Shown here in pieces: positions 38,974-50,600 of a stretch of 64,000 nucleotides of DNA. Source of the stretch: a bacterium. GTDB taxonomy: Bacteria; SZUA-182; DTGQ01. The notes under the pieces were generated by a model. It worked only from the letters and a program-made list of their open reading frames with translations. It made no database searches and had not been told where the DNA came from. The position numbers and the translations under genes were made by a program. Numbering within the stretch: position 1 is the stretch's first letter; each line of letters starts with the position of its first letter. The stretch is taken from assembly GCA_040752695.1 (NCBI GenBank), contig JBFMGO010000008.1, positions 26,184-90,183 of the forward strand. The letters run 5' to 3'.

Positions 38974-41487
38974 TTATACATCTTTGTGGTGCCGCTCGCG
39001 TATAACCTGAGACAGGGCTTCGCTCAACTCTCTTATTTCATATGGTTTGGCCACTACGGCATTGAAACCGTGCTCCCGATATTCAGACATGATAGGATCA
39101 TTGGCATAACCGCTCGAGACAATCGTTTTCACCGCAGGATCAAGTTCGTGAAGCTTCCTGACAGCTTCCTCTCCCCCCATACCTCCCGGTACGGTCAGGT
39201 CCAGAATGACGGCAGCGAAGGATTGTCCCGATTTCATGGCTTTTTCATAGAGCTCGACCGCCTCACTTCCATCCCCGGCGAGCACAACCTCATAGCCGAG
39301 ACTGGTCAGCATCCTTGCTACCATGTCTCTCATGAGTTTTTGGTCATCCATGAATAGAATCTTCCCCTGGCCAGTAGATATTCTTTCCTCAGCCTCATTT
39401 TTCACTGTCCACCGTGCCTCCCTCTCCAGGGCAGGGAGATAGATATGGAACGCGGTTCCAACTCCCAGTCTGGACTCTACGCGTATGTATCCCCCGTGCT
39501 TTTTGATTACGGAATAGGTCGTAGCTAAACCAAGACCGCTTCCGGTTTGCTTGGTAGTAAAATAGGGATCAAATATCTTTGGCAGGTCTTCCTCCCTGAT
39601 ACCGATCCCATGGTCTTTTACCGATACCTTGATGTATTTGCCCGCTTTGAGGGGCAGATTGTCCCTTACACTGACTGTTATATTTTCGGCATATATCTCG
39701 ATTATCCCGCCTCCGGCCATGGCCTGGTCAGCATTGATAATCAGATTATTGATGACCTGCCCGATCTGCCCCTCATCGATATATGCCCAGCGAAGATCAT
39801 CCGGGAGCGAAAACTCACACCTTGTTTTGGAGCCGCTCAGGGCAAAGATGGCCGCGTTCCTGACTAATTCTGAGAGACAGACGGCCCTTCTCACCGGCGT
39901 CCCCCCTTTGGCGAAGGTAAGGAGCTGCTGCGTCAAGTTTTTGGCCTGCCTGATTGCATTCCGGGTTTCTTTCAACAGGGGTGAAAGGTCATCCCCTGAT
40001 TGGACATACCATTGTACCAGGGATAAATTGCCGCTCACAGCGCCTAACAGATTATTAAAGTCATGAGCAATGCCGCCAGCCAGAACACCGAGGGATTCGA
40101 GTTTCTGGATTTTCTGCAACTCTTCTTCTTTTTTCTTATGCTCGGTAATGTCGCGGACAAAAATCATTACCACGGTTTTCCCACGATAATGGACAGGACT
40201 GCCGGAAATCTCCACATCCATGGGTGTTCCGTCCTTACAGATAAGCTTGATCTCATACGATGAAATATATTCACCGGCCATGCATGCCATATACTTTTGG
40301 ATGCTTGTTTCCTTAAACTCGGGCACAACGAAGTCAAAATACGGTTTTCCGATCAGGTCCTCAACCTCATAGTCACCCATTTTGGCCAAAGACTTATTGA
40401 CGAACCGGACAATTCCCCCGTCAATGATAGCTACACCATCTTTGGCCTGCTCGACCAGGGCCGAATACTTTTCCTCCGACTCACGCACCGATTCCTCCAT
40501 TCGCCTGTACCCCGACATATCCCTGAAATTTTCGACTATGCCAATCAGCTTTCCATCAGGTCCTCGAAAGGGGACTGCCGTCAAAATGAGAGATATCCTG
40601 CTCCCGTCACTGCGTTCTATTTCCAGGTCTCGTTCATAGCGGTCCACCTCACCGCTGCAGATGGTTGAAAGAGGACAGGCGGAAACCCCGCAGAAAGGAC
40701 ACGGGCAATGAAGTACCTTACGGCAGTGTCTTCCCTCCACTTCTTCCCTGCTTACACCGAAGAGCCTGCAAAAGGTATCATTAACCCGCAGCACACGGGA
40801 TGTTGTATCAATCACGCACATCCCGTCAACTGCAGCGTTGAATATCTGATTAAGTTCCTCATAGGCACTCATGGCCCTGTCCTCCGCCTGCTTCCGGTCG
40901 CTGACCTGCTGCCTGAGCTGTGCGTTGGTTGCGCCTAATTGGGTTGTGCGCTCTTTCACCAGTTCTTCGAGGTGGGAACGGTAACGCATCAATTCCTCCT
41001 CATTCTTTTTGCGCTCAGTTATGTCTAAAATGAGCCCGTCAATATAGAGTGGCTTTCCATCCCTCCCCTGGACCGGCCATCCCCGTTCCCAAAAGTGTCG
41101 TATGTCTCCCTCCTTGGACCTCATACGATACTCAATCTCGAAAGTCTGATTGTAAGCGAGAGCATGTTTTACCACCGCTACCACTTCGCACCGCTCTTCA
41201 GGTAAGATAAGAGGCTCGATACTGCATACGTCTCCTGCGCAAAGCTCATCAACCGCGTAGCCGGTCATTGGTTTCAGCATGTCATTGAAAAACTGCATCC
41301 GGTTATTTTCTCTTACGAATACCCTGTAGACGATTCCGGGAAGATTTCGGGCAAATATACTGTACGATTCTTCACTCTCGGGCAAGAGCTCTTCTCTTCG
41401 TTTATTCCTTTGCTTATCCTTATGCTTATCCTGTATGGGGTCACCCGTGCTGTCTGCGCCTGTCATGATTACCGCCTTCATTTTCAA
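38974..41487 (-). CDS. Hybrid sensor histidine kinase (3 PAS, HisKA, HATPase, REC)
   Basis: GGIAHDFNN, NLIINADQAM, DHGIGI, FFTTK-like YFTTK, GLGL, receiver (MDD, DLTVPG). Confidence 0.95.
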   Translation of the reverse strand: MKMKAVIMTGADSTGDPIQDKHKDKQRNKRREELLPESEESYSIFARNLPGIVYRVFVRENNRMQFFNDMLKPMTGYAVDELCAGDVCSIEPLILPEERCEVVAVVKHALAYNQTFEIEYRMRSKEGDIRHFWERGWPVQGRDGKPLYIDGLILDITERKKNEEELMRYRSHLEELVKERTTQLGATNAQLRQQVSDRKQAEDRAMSAYEELNQIFNAAVDGMCVIDTTSRVLRVNDTFCRLFGVSREEVEGRHCRKVLHCPCPFCGVSACPLSTICSGEVDRYERDLEIERSDGSRISLILTAVPFRGPDGKLIGIVENFRDMSGYRRMEESVRESEEKYSALVEQAKDGVAIIDGGIVRFVNKSLAKMGDYEVEDLIGKPYFDFVVPEFKETSIQKYMACMAGEYISSYEIKLICKDGTPMDVEISGSPVHYRGKTVVMIFVRDITEHKKKEEELQKIQKLESLGVLAGGIAHDFNNLLGAVSGNLSLVQWYVQSGDDLSPLLKETRNAIRQAKNLTQQLLTFAKGGTPVRRAVCLSELVRNAAIFALSGSKTRCEFSLPDDLRWAYIDEGQIGQVINNLIINADQAMAGGGIIEIYAENITVSVRDNLPLKAGKYIKVSVKDHGIGIREEDLPKIFDPYFTTKQTGSGLGLATTYSVIKKHGGYIRVESRLGVGTAFHIYLPALEREARWTVKNEAEERISTGQGKILFMDDQKLMRDMVARMLTSLGYEVVLAGDGSEAVELYEKAMKSGQSFAAVILDLTVPGGMGGEEAVRKLHELDPAVKTIVSSGYANDPIMSEYREHGFNAVVAKPYEIRELSEALSQVIRERHHKDV

Positions 41488-44345
41488 AGATGCTTCTCTC
41501 TCTTGTGTATAATCTGAGACAGGGTTTCGCTCAACTCTCTCATTTCATATGGCTTGGCAACTACAGCATTGAATCCGTGTTCCCTGTATTCAGACATGAT
41601 AGGATCATTGGCATAGCCGCTGGAGACAATCGTTTTCACTTCAGGATCAAGGTCGTGGAGCTTGCGGGCAGCCTCCTCTCCCCCCATACCTCCCGGTACG
41701 GTCAGGTCCAGGATGACGGCAGCAAAGGTTTGTCCTGATTCTATGGCTTTTCCATAGAGTTCGACCGCCTCACTCCCATCCCTGGCAAGAATAACCTCAT
41801 AGCCGAGACTGGTCAGCATTCTCGCTACCATGTCCCTCATGAGCTTTTGGTCATCCATGAATAAAATCTTCCCCTGGCCGGTAGGTATTCTTTCTTCCTC
41901 CTCGTCTTTCACCGTCCACCGTGCCTCTCTCTCCAGGGCAGGGAGATAAATATGGAAAGTGGTTCCAACTCCCGGCCTGGACTCCACACTGATATATCCC
42001 CCATGCTTTTTGATTACGGAATAGGTTGTAGCCAAACCAAGACCGCTTCCTCTTTGCTTGGTGGTAAAATAAGGGTCAAATATCTTCGGAAGGTTTTCTT
42101 CCCTGATACCGATCCCATGGTCTTTTACCGATACCTTGATATATTTCCCCTCTTTGAGGGGCAAATTGTCCTTTGCCCTGACGGTAACATTTTCGGCATG
42201 TATTTCGATTATCCCGCCTCCGGCCATGGCCTGGTCGGCATTGATAATCAAATTATTGAAGACCTGCCCGATCTGCCCTTCATCGATCCAGGCCCACAGC
42301 AGATCGTCCGGGAGAGTAAACTCGCATCTTGTTTTAGAGCCGCTCAAGGCAAAGATAGCCGTGTTCTTGATGAGCTCCGAAAGGTGGATGGCTTTTTTGA
42401 CCGGCGTCCCGCCTTTGGCGAAGGTAAGCAGTTGTTGCGTCAAACTCTTGGCCTGCCCGATTGCATTCTGGATTTCTTTCACTATGGACAAAAGGTTATA
42501 TCCTGATTGAGCATACCTTTGTATCAGGGATAAATTGCCGCTCATAGCGCCTAACAGATTGTTGAAGTCATGAGCAATGCCGCCGGCCAGAACACCGAGG
42601 GATTCGAGTTTCTGGATTTTCTGCAACTCCTCTTCCCTCTTCTTCAGTTCTGTGACATTGTGAAGAATAATCATCATAACGGTTTTCCCCCGATAATGAA
42701 CAGGATTGCCGGAAGCCTCTACATCCTTGATGTTCCCCTTTTTATCTACAAGCTTTGTCTCAAGGTAGGGAAAATATTCACCGGCTAGACACGCTCTGAA
42801 TCTTCGAGCGGCCGCCTCTCTCAACTCCGGGAGAACGAAGTCAATAAAGGGCCTGCCGATCAGATCTTCGGCAGTATAGCCACTGGTTTCTGTCAGAGCC
42901 CTGTTAACGAACCGGATGATTCCCTCTTCAATAATAACTACTCCATCTTTGGCCTGCTCAACCAGGGCCGAATACTTTTCCTCCGACTCACGCACCGATT
43001 CCTCCATCCGCTTGTATCCCGACATATCCCTGAAATTTTCGACCACGCCAATCAGTTCTCCATCAGGCCCCCGAAAAGGAACGGCTGTCAAAACAAGAGG
43101 TATTCTGGTGCCATCAGTGAGTACTATTTCAGGGTTGTACATAAGATACTCTTTTTCCCCGTTTCGTACTGCCGAGATCGGACAGCCGGAGGGCTCCCTG
43201 CAAAAGGGACAGTTCAGCACATCACAACAGTGCCTGCCTTCAACTTCTTCCCTTCTTACCTTAAAGAGCCTGCAGAGGGTGTTGTTAACCCGCAGCACAC
43301 GGCCCTCTTTATCAATCACGCACATCCCGTCAACTGCCGCGTTGAATAACTGGTCAAGTTCCACGTAGGCGCGGCGGATTTTCTCTTCAGCCTGCTTCTG
43401 GTCGCTGATATCGACCATGCAGCCGACAATCTCCATGGGATTACCGTTCCGGTCGCGCACCAGCCTCAACTCATCCCGTATCCACCGGTAGTTTCCATCC
43501 TTGTGCTGAAAACGGTACTCATGGGTGTAACGGTCCTTCTCGAATACCTTAGGCATATCATCACGGATACGCTGACTGTCCTCTGGATGAAGATGCTCGT
43601 CCCAAAAGCGCGGGTTTTCGATGAATTCCCGGGCCTCATAGCCAAGCTGCGCTTTTACGTTTTCACTGATGGAAGTGGTGCCGTAATCACCCGATGGCCT
43701 GCAACTGTAAATTACAGCAGGATTGGAAATGAGCAGATGATGAAGTCGCTCCCTGCTCATTTCGGTTTCCTTCTCAGCCTGCCTGCACCTGTATTCGGCC
43801 TGGTCGCGTTCATAAATCTGCTGTTGTTCGTTGGTTGAAGCCATCTGGCTGGTACGCTCTTGCACTACATCCTCAAGATGCTGGCGGTACTGGAGCAATT
43901 CCATTTCCGCCTTCTTATGCCTGGTTATATCGAAAATGACGCCATCGATGAAAATTGGCATTCCATCCGTTCCATAAACAGGCATCCCCCTCTCCAGGAA
44001 GTGTCGCACGCTTCCCTCTCTGGTCCTTATCCGGTACTCGACCTCAAAGGCCTGATTATGATCGACAGCGTTCTTTATCGCCGTTACCACACAAGGCCGG
44101 TCTTCGGGGAAAATGAGAGGCTCGATGCGGCATACGCCACTCTCAGGTAACTCATCAGCCATATAGCCGGTCATCGACTGAAGCATAGTATTAAAAAACT
44201 GTACGCGGTTTTTTTCTCTGATGTGCACTCTATAGACAATCCCGCGGAGATTCTGAAAAACTGCGCTGCAGCCCGTTTCCATTTCGTGCCTATGTCCTTT
44301 CGGATCGTATCCGTTTGTCTTATCTTCACTGTCTGCGTCTGGCAT
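41484..44345 (-). CDS. Hybrid sensor histidine kinase (4 PAS, HisKA, HATPase, REC), paralog of the downstream gene
   Basis: Same motifs plus one extra PAS; kinase/receiver DNA nearly identical to the neighbour. Confidence 0.95.
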   Translation of the reverse strand: MPDADSEDKTNGYDPKGHRHEMETGCSAVFQNLRGIVYRVHIREKNRVQFFNTMLQSMTGYMADELPESGVCRIEPLIFPEDRPCVVTAIKNAVDHNQAFEVEYRIRTREGSVRHFLERGMPVYGTDGMPIFIDGVIFDITRHKKAEMELLQYRQHLEDVVQERTSQMASTNEQQQIYERDQAEYRCRQAEKETEMSRERLHHLLISNPAVIYSCRPSGDYGTTSISENVKAQLGYEAREFIENPRFWDEHLHPEDSQRIRDDMPKVFEKDRYTHEYRFQHKDGNYRWIRDELRLVRDRNGNPMEIVGCMVDISDQKQAEEKIRRAYVELDQLFNAAVDGMCVIDKEGRVLRVNNTLCRLFKVRREEVEGRHCCDVLNCPFCREPSGCPISAVRNGEKEYLMYNPEIVLTDGTRIPLVLTAVPFRGPDGELIGVVENFRDMSGYKRMEESVRESEEKYSALVEQAKDGVVIIEEGIIRFVNRALTETSGYTAEDLIGRPFIDFVLPELREAAARRFRACLAGEYFPYLETKLVDKKGNIKDVEASGNPVHYRGKTVMMIILHNVTELKKREEELQKIQKLESLGVLAGGIAHDFNNLLGAMSGNLSLIQRYAQSGYNLLSIVKEIQNAIGQAKSLTQQLLTFAKGGTPVKKAIHLSELIKNTAIFALSGSKTRCEFTLPDDLLWAWIDEGQIGQVFNNLIINADQAMAGGGIIEIHAENVTVRAKDNLPLKEGKYIKVSVKDHGIGIREENLPKIFDPYFTTKQRGSGLGLATTYSVIKKHGGYISVESRPGVGTTFHIYLPALEREARWTVKDEEEERIPTGQGKILFMDDQKLMRDMVARMLTSLGYEVILARDGSEAVELYGKAIESGQTFAAVILDLTVPGGMGGEEAARKLHDLDPEVKTIVSSGYANDPIMSEYREHGFNAVVAKPYEMRELSETLSQIIHKREKHL

Positions 44346-44492
44346 GATAGAAGTACCTTACTCGATTTTAAGAATAAAATTTATATATGCTTAATTTAGG
44401 CAATACATAATTTATATTATACAGTAAAAAACTTAGGATTCCAAGGCAGAAATTGCAGGAGGGTCTAAGAATGAGGAAATAGTTTCAGATCT

Positions 44493-47400
44493 TTAATCCA
44501 AAGCCAGTTCCAGGGGGAGCCGGACCCGGCCATGATTCTTGTTTTCATAGAGGAGGTAGCCATGATCGAGGATATGGTCAAAAAGGCGGGCCGTAAGTTC
44601 GACGTCCATCCGGCAGTAGCGCTCGATTTCTTCGATTTTTCCCTCTTTCCACCACCGTAAGGCGGCCAGGCCGTTACCGCACTTTGAAGTGCCGAACGTG
44701 GCCGAGACAATGGCCTCCAGACTGAGGCGAAAACCATAGCGCCTGTAGATTTCCTCAAGAAGGTCAATGCTTGGCAAGTTACCGAGATTACGGCCTGTAT
44801 AGGCCTTCAGTACTGCGTAGTCAAAGCACTTCTGGTTAAAGCCGACGACCAGTTCAGCCACTGCCATCCGCTGTAAAAGGTCCTTGACCCTGTCCTCCCG
44901 GTAGGTCTGATAGCGGCCGGTGCTGCGCTCATAAACGACGCCGACGGAGAGGCGCATCAGGTGTGCATTGTGCCAGCCGCCCACCTCCTGTGCCGAGAGC
45001 TGTGTTTCAAGATCAAAAACAATAACGTCGCGGCCTTCGGCCAGATGCAGCCTGCTCTGATAGGGAGCTAAAGGACCGGCGGTTCCGCTGCTGTCAGGGC
45101 CGCCGGAAATTCCAGCTTTTTCCCCCTCCCCTGCCCTGCCTGCCAGGCCAGTGGTCGGGGCGGGAGCAGCAAGCGAGCCATCAGCGGCAAATGGCCCGGA
45201 TGAGGCAGATGCGCCGCCACCTGTTCCGGCGCTCACCAGCTTGCCTGATAATTCCTTCTTGCCGGTCAGATGCTGAAGCAGGCGAAGGCATCCCTCCTTG
45301 TCAAGGGGTGTGTTCCCATTTCCGCACTTAGGCGAATGGATGCAGGACGGACACCCCTCCTGGCAGGTGCATCCTTCGACCATGGCCAGCACTTTGGTGA
45401 AAAGCTCATCCAGCACCTGATAGGCCCTGGCTGAAAGACCGACACCGCCGGGGTGGCCGTCGTAGAGAAACACCGCTGCACCGCACGTCTTTGGATGGCT
45501 GGTAAAGCTGATCCCGCCCACATCGGTTCGGTCGCAGAGGGCAAAGAGAGGCAAAAGGGCCAGGCAGGCATGTTCGATAGCGTGCAAGGAGCCCATCAGA
45601 TGATACTTTTCATCGGTAAGACCTGCCACGCTCAAAGCGGATGGCTGGAGCCAGAGGCCGACAGTCTCGAATATCACCGGCGGCAGGTCAAGCGTGTGCT
45701 CACTGATCTTCTGCCGGTTTGAGACCGAGCGCTTTTCATACCCGATCACCCACTCGGTGACCTTAAGCCTTCCCAGGCTGACTGAAAAGCGTTTGTTTTC
45801 CCGGCGGTCCAGGACCTCGAGAATTTCGGTCTCTTTCTGCGTGCGGGCCATGGTGTAGTAACCGACCTCCCCTGCCCTCGCTGCCACAATGTCCCTGCTG
45901 CCAACGTCGAGGGATACGACGCGGTACATCTGGCCTGCATGCAGGTAGATTGCACCAGGGTGAGCTTCGGTGAGTGCCTGAAGCCCGCTGACCCTGCCGA
46001 TGAGCCTGCGGCTTTCCTCCTCCATGATGGCATAGCTTGCACCCGCACCCCGGATATCCACCTCATGGTGGGGCCGCTTGCGGTTGCTGAACCATACCGC
46101 CCCATCGGCAGCCTCGATCAGTTCCCTGCTCCCGGTCAGTTCCCTGATGACCGCCTTAAGGGCATCCATCTGATAAACCTGATCATCGGGCCGAAGCGGC
46201 ACTTCCTGGGCCGCACAAACCAGATGACTCTTCAAAAGATAGGGATTGACGGCATCGACCACTCCTGCCTCCGCTCCCCGCTGGAAGAAATCCTGCGGGT
46301 AGCGCATGAAATACTGATCGAGTGCATCCGGCTGGGCAATCAGAAATATGGCGGATTCGCGGGCCAGTCTCCCGACGCGGCCAGCCCGCTGCCAGGTGGC
46401 GGTTATCGTGCCGGGGTAGCCGACCAGGATACAGATGTCGAGCCCGCCGATATCGATGCCCATCTCAAGAGCGCTGGTGGAAATCACGCCATCCAGAATA
46501 CCGGACTGGAGCTTGTGCTCGATTTCCCGGCGCTCCGCAGGCAGATATCCTGAGCGGTAAGCGCTGATTTTGCCCGACAGGTCTGGATTGGACAAAAGGG
46601 TCCAGCGGTGGATCAGTTCGGTAATTTTTCGCGCCTTGGTGAAGAGAATGGTCTTCTGGCCTGCCTTGACCGCTTCGGTAAATAGATGCGTGGCCACGGT
46701 GTAAAGGCTTCTGGCCGTGGGGTTGACCAGGAAAATGCGGCGGCCGGACGAGGGCGCGCCATTTTCCTCCACCAGGTCAAAGGGCAGCCCGGTCAGTTGC
46801 TCGGCCAACTCACGGGGATTGGCTATGGTGGCCGAGGTAGCCAGAAACTGCGGCCTGGCCTGGTAAAAGAGGGCCACCCGCCGCAACCTTCGCAGGATCT
46901 GAAGCACATGACTGCCAAAGACACCTTTGTAGGCGTGCAGCTCATCGATAACCACGAAACGAAGGTACCTGAACAGGTTCTCCCAGTTGGCATGAAAAGG
47001 TAAAATGCCCTGGTGCAGCATATCCGGGTTGGTCAGGAGCAGATTGGGAGGGTTCTTTCTGATTCTGGTGCGAAAATAGGGAGTGGTATCACCGTCATAA
47101 ATGGCAACCGCTGACTGAGGCAGCCCAAGGCAGGCGGCAAGGTCACGGAGGCGCTTGAGCTGGTCCTGGGCCAGTGCCTTGAGAGGGAAAAGCAAAAGGG
47201 CACGGGTATCGGGCTCATAGAGAATCCGCTCCAGTATGGGCAGGGTATATCCCAGTGTCTTGCCGCTGGCCGTAGGAGTGACCGTGACCACGTGGAGCCC
47301 CTGCCTGGCGCGGTGAATCCCTTCGGCCTGGTGCAGATACAGGCTCCCTGCCCCGTGTGCAATGAGCGCTTGCTGCAGCGGCCCTGGCAGCGGCGGATCG

Positions 47401-47528
47401 ATCCGGCCGAAGCGGGCGCATCTGCCTGCCAGTACCTCGCAGTGAACAATATCCTGCGCCATACGGCTATCACGTAAGGTGTCGGAGAGAAAATCCTTAA
47501 GGTCCAAGACGATTTCCAAACAGCACAA
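44493..47528 (-). CDS. DEAH helicase with DUF1998 (MrfA/YprA/Hrq1-like) fused to an RNase H-like exonuclease (MrfB/YprB-like)
   Basis: TPTASGKT, DELH, SAT, QRAGRVGR; HAIEH..C..., CTCQEGCPSC; C-terminal FDLETQ..GFN...FD...YCRMDV. Start uncertain. Confidence 0.9.
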   Translation of the reverse strand: MCCLEIVLDLKDFLSDTLRDSRMAQDIVHCEVLAGRCARFGRIDPPLPGPLQQALIAHGAGSLYLHQAEGIHRARQGLHVVTVTPTASGKTLGYTLPILERILYEPDTRALLLFPLKALAQDQLKRLRDLAACLGLPQSAVAIYDGDTTPYFRTRIRKNPPNLLLTNPDMLHQGILPFHANWENLFRYLRFVVIDELHAYKGVFGSHVLQILRRLRRVALFYQARPQFLATSATIANPRELAEQLTGLPFDLVEENGAPSSGRRIFLVNPTARSLYTVATHLFTEAVKAGQKTILFTKARKITELIHRWTLLSNPDLSGKISAYRSGYLPAERREIEHKLQSGILDGVISTSALEMGIDIGGLDICILVGYPGTITATWQRAGRVGRLARESAIFLIAQPDALDQYFMRYPQDFFQRGAEAGVVDAVNPYLLKSHLVCAAQEVPLRPDDQVYQMDALKAVIRELTGSRELIEAADGAVWFSNRKRPHHEVDIRGAGASYAIMEEESRRLIGRVSGLQALTEAHPGAIYLHAGQMYRVVSLDVGSRDIVAARAGEVGYYTMARTQKETEILEVLDRRENKRFSVSLGRLKVTEWVIGYEKRSVSNRQKISEHTLDLPPVIFETVGLWLQPSALSVAGLTDEKYHLMGSLHAIEHACLALLPLFALCDRTDVGGISFTSHPKTCGAAVFLYDGHPGGVGLSARAYQVLDELFTKVLAMVEGCTCQEGCPSCIHSPKCGNGNTPLDKEGCLRLLQHLTGKKELSGKLVSAGTGGGASASSGPFAADGSLAAPAPTTGLAGRAGEGEKAGISGGPDSSGTAGPLAPYQSRLHLAEGRDVIVFDLETQLSAQEVGGWHNAHLMRLSVGVVYERSTGRYQTYREDRVKDLLQRMAVAELVVGFNQKCFDYAVLKAYTGRNLGNLPSIDLLEEIYRRYGFRLSLEAIVSATFGTSKCGNGLAALRWWKEGKIEEIERYCRMDVELTARLFDHILDHGYLLYENKNHGRVRLPLELALD

Positions 47529-47641
47529 TAAAGAACATGTTAGTTCCCCTCGAGCACAAATTCCCCCGCCCCTTTAATGAACGGGAAAGTTTGATAGACT
47601 ACCCCTCCCAAGGTGAGGGGTGATTTCTCATCCCCCCTCAC

Positions 47642-50600
47642 TTAAGCCAGGTTTTTCCCGCAATTCGGACAGAATTTGAACCCTTCACCGGTAACAGGGG
47701 ATGAGCATCCTTTGCACACCAGAGAAATCGGGCCAAGCTCCACGATCAGTTCACCTTCCCTGACCGGCACCATCTTCTTGTCTTCCTTGTAGTTGGCAAA
47801 TTTGAGAATTCTCCTGACCACTCCATCCATGGGAGAGAGGACCGCCTTTTCCTGCTTCATGATGGTGATGTTGAAAAGCTCTTCACCCTTTTTGACCGTA
47901 TCACCGGCATTGACATACATGATCCACAGATCACCGTTACTCGGTGAGGCCACATGACAGGGGTTATTCTTATCAGCCATCTCTACGGCTCCGGCCTTCC
48001 CTTTGACCGCTTCGGTCACTTTGACCGGATAGGTAAACAATTCACTATCCAAAAGATAGCGGACCAGGCTCATGCCCTGATCGCCAGGAGCCGATATATC
48101 CACAATAGACATAAGGTGCGGTTTCCCGTTGCTGTCATTGAAATACATCTCCTGTCTGGGGACCAGGCCCTCGAACCAGACGTCCAGGGGCAGGAGGTTC
48201 GGATTGCCGAACTGCTGCTGGAACTGGATGGTCTTGAGAGCGTCGCCGGGATGGTTCAGATACATTACCAGTTCTTCAGCCGATGGCTCCCGTTTGAGAA
48301 TGGAAAGATGAACTGCGAGTGCTTTTCGCTCGGCTTCGATATCGATGTCTTCAAGAGAGCTTAAGGGAGAGCATTCGGTCCTGTTGGCTATGGCCTCTTT
48401 CCAGGCGGAGCCAAAGGCGCTTTCATACACCCAGTCAGGCGGAAAACCAAGAGGCAGGGGTCCGAACTGACCAAGCAGAAGCTGGCGGAAGGCGTCATTG
48501 CTCTCCCGGTAGAGGAGCAGGCGCTCTTTTTTCAGATCACTGCTAACCTCTCCTTCGGGGATATTGACTGCCCTGTCCAGAACGCCGAGCAGGTGTCGCA
48601 CTTCCGGTTCACCACCCCGCTTAAAGGCGCTGGTTACGGCCAGAAAGGCGGTATTCCAGGTAATCTGGGAGCCTGGCGTAACATCATGGTAGCGGACAAT
48701 GTTCCTTGTCCCTGCCAGAAAGCGGAGCATGGAGGGCAGAAGGTGAATGTAGTTTTGCTTCATGGCACCTTCCTGCGAAGAAGATGTGGCTCCGCCCGGC
48801 ATACCGTGGAGAACCACCTCATGATCGATACCCTGGAAAAAGGGTGCAGCATACCGGTCATAATAGGGCATGATCTGCTTCAGGATAAATCCGCAGGCCT
48901 GGATCATTTTTTTGTCAAGATTGGTGGCGAGGCCGAGCTCACCCTCGATATAGGAGGCAGTAGCCAGGACGTCCCCCTGCCCGTACCAGCGAACGGCAGG
49001 CCCAAGGCCGGTATCCACGATCTGAGTCCCTGCCTCGACCGCAGCACCCACAGCGGGAACGAACAGACCATCCGTATAGTGGCGGTGGTAGTGAGTGATC
49101 AGATCAGGATAGCGCTTCCTTATGGCACTGACCAGTTCTTTCATGAACCGGGGCGGACAGATCCCTGCCATATCCTTCAATCCCAGGATAAAGACAGTGG
49201 TGGCTTTTTCTTTGCTCATGCCGGTGACCTTAGCTGCCAGTCCCACGATTTTTTCCAGCACGCCAAGGTAATGGGGCACATCGAACCCCCTGGCCCAGGT
49301 CAGGGATATGGCAGGCTCGAAGATGGTGCAGCAGGAATTGAGGGCAACCTCGGCAAAGGGCCGCATGTTCTCGATGTGGTTCAAAAAATCGAAACAGCGG
49401 ATAACATCATAGTGCTCGCAGATCATCTCTCCGGTCAGCCTCATCAGATTCCCCGGCTGAGGCTTATAGCCGAGCACATTGGTCGAGCGGATCAGGATCT
49501 GCTTGGCGGTATGGGGTGCAAACTGGTTCCATTCCCTGGCCTCCTGAAAAGGATAGGTCATATTGGCCATCATGGCCACATGAAAATGCGCACCTCCGCC
49601 GTTCTCCAGGGAAAAGAAGCCGCAATGGTCAAGATACGGCCCTATGAGCATGTCTTCGGCCAGACGGAAGCGGTTGCCGCTGTTCGACTGGGTAATGTCC
49701 CGGGTGGTCGTATCCGTGAAATGTACATACTTGGAATCACGGATATAATCTAAAAGTGCCTGGCGGTCTTTTCTCGGATAGGGATGGCGGTAGTGATCGA
49801 AGTTCTTCTCGGGCAGAACCGGCGAAAAAATACCCAGCCTCTTATCGTGCCGCCCCCTGTATTCGCCAAGCTGGACAAAGGGATTATAGCCCCTGGCCGA
49901 AATTTCAGCCACCAGCCGCGACAGCCGCAAGTGTTCCGGCTCGTGTTCCCGATAGGTTAAAAGCGAGGGGGTTTTGGCGATAAAATTGGTATCGAAATCC
50001 CCTGCCCTGAAGGCTGGATGGTCAATAATCTGCAAATGGAAGGGTATGGTGGTTTTAACACCGCTGACAATGTATTCGCGCAGGGCCCGGTCCATGATTC
50101 CCAGCACCTTGGGCCAGGATTTCCCATAGGCGATCAGCAAAGAAGCTGCCGAATCGTATTCGGAGGGGAATTCATAGCCGGACGAAACGCAGGAGTCTAC
50201 CCGTATTCCCTGACCTCCGGGGGATATATACCGGGTGATCTTCCCTGCATTCGGAGCAAAATTGTCCTGCGGGTCCTCGCAGTTAATACGCACCTGCATG
50301 GCATGGTTAAAGGCCACGGTCTTTTTTTTGTTGAACCTGAGGGCCGCACCAAAGGCAATGGCAATCTGCTCTTCCACCAGATCCACACCATAGCGGCACT
50401 CGGTGATGCCATGTTCCACCTGAAGCCGGGTATTGACCTCGATGAGGTACGGATTCCCTTCGCCATCCACCAAGAACTCCACCGTAGCCAGGGAATAATA
50501 GTCTACCTCCCTGATCAGGCTCTCGGCATACTGCTTCAACCGGTCGCGGAGCGTCTGGATCATGCCTGGCCAGGGCGATGGCGTGATTTCAATAAGTTTC

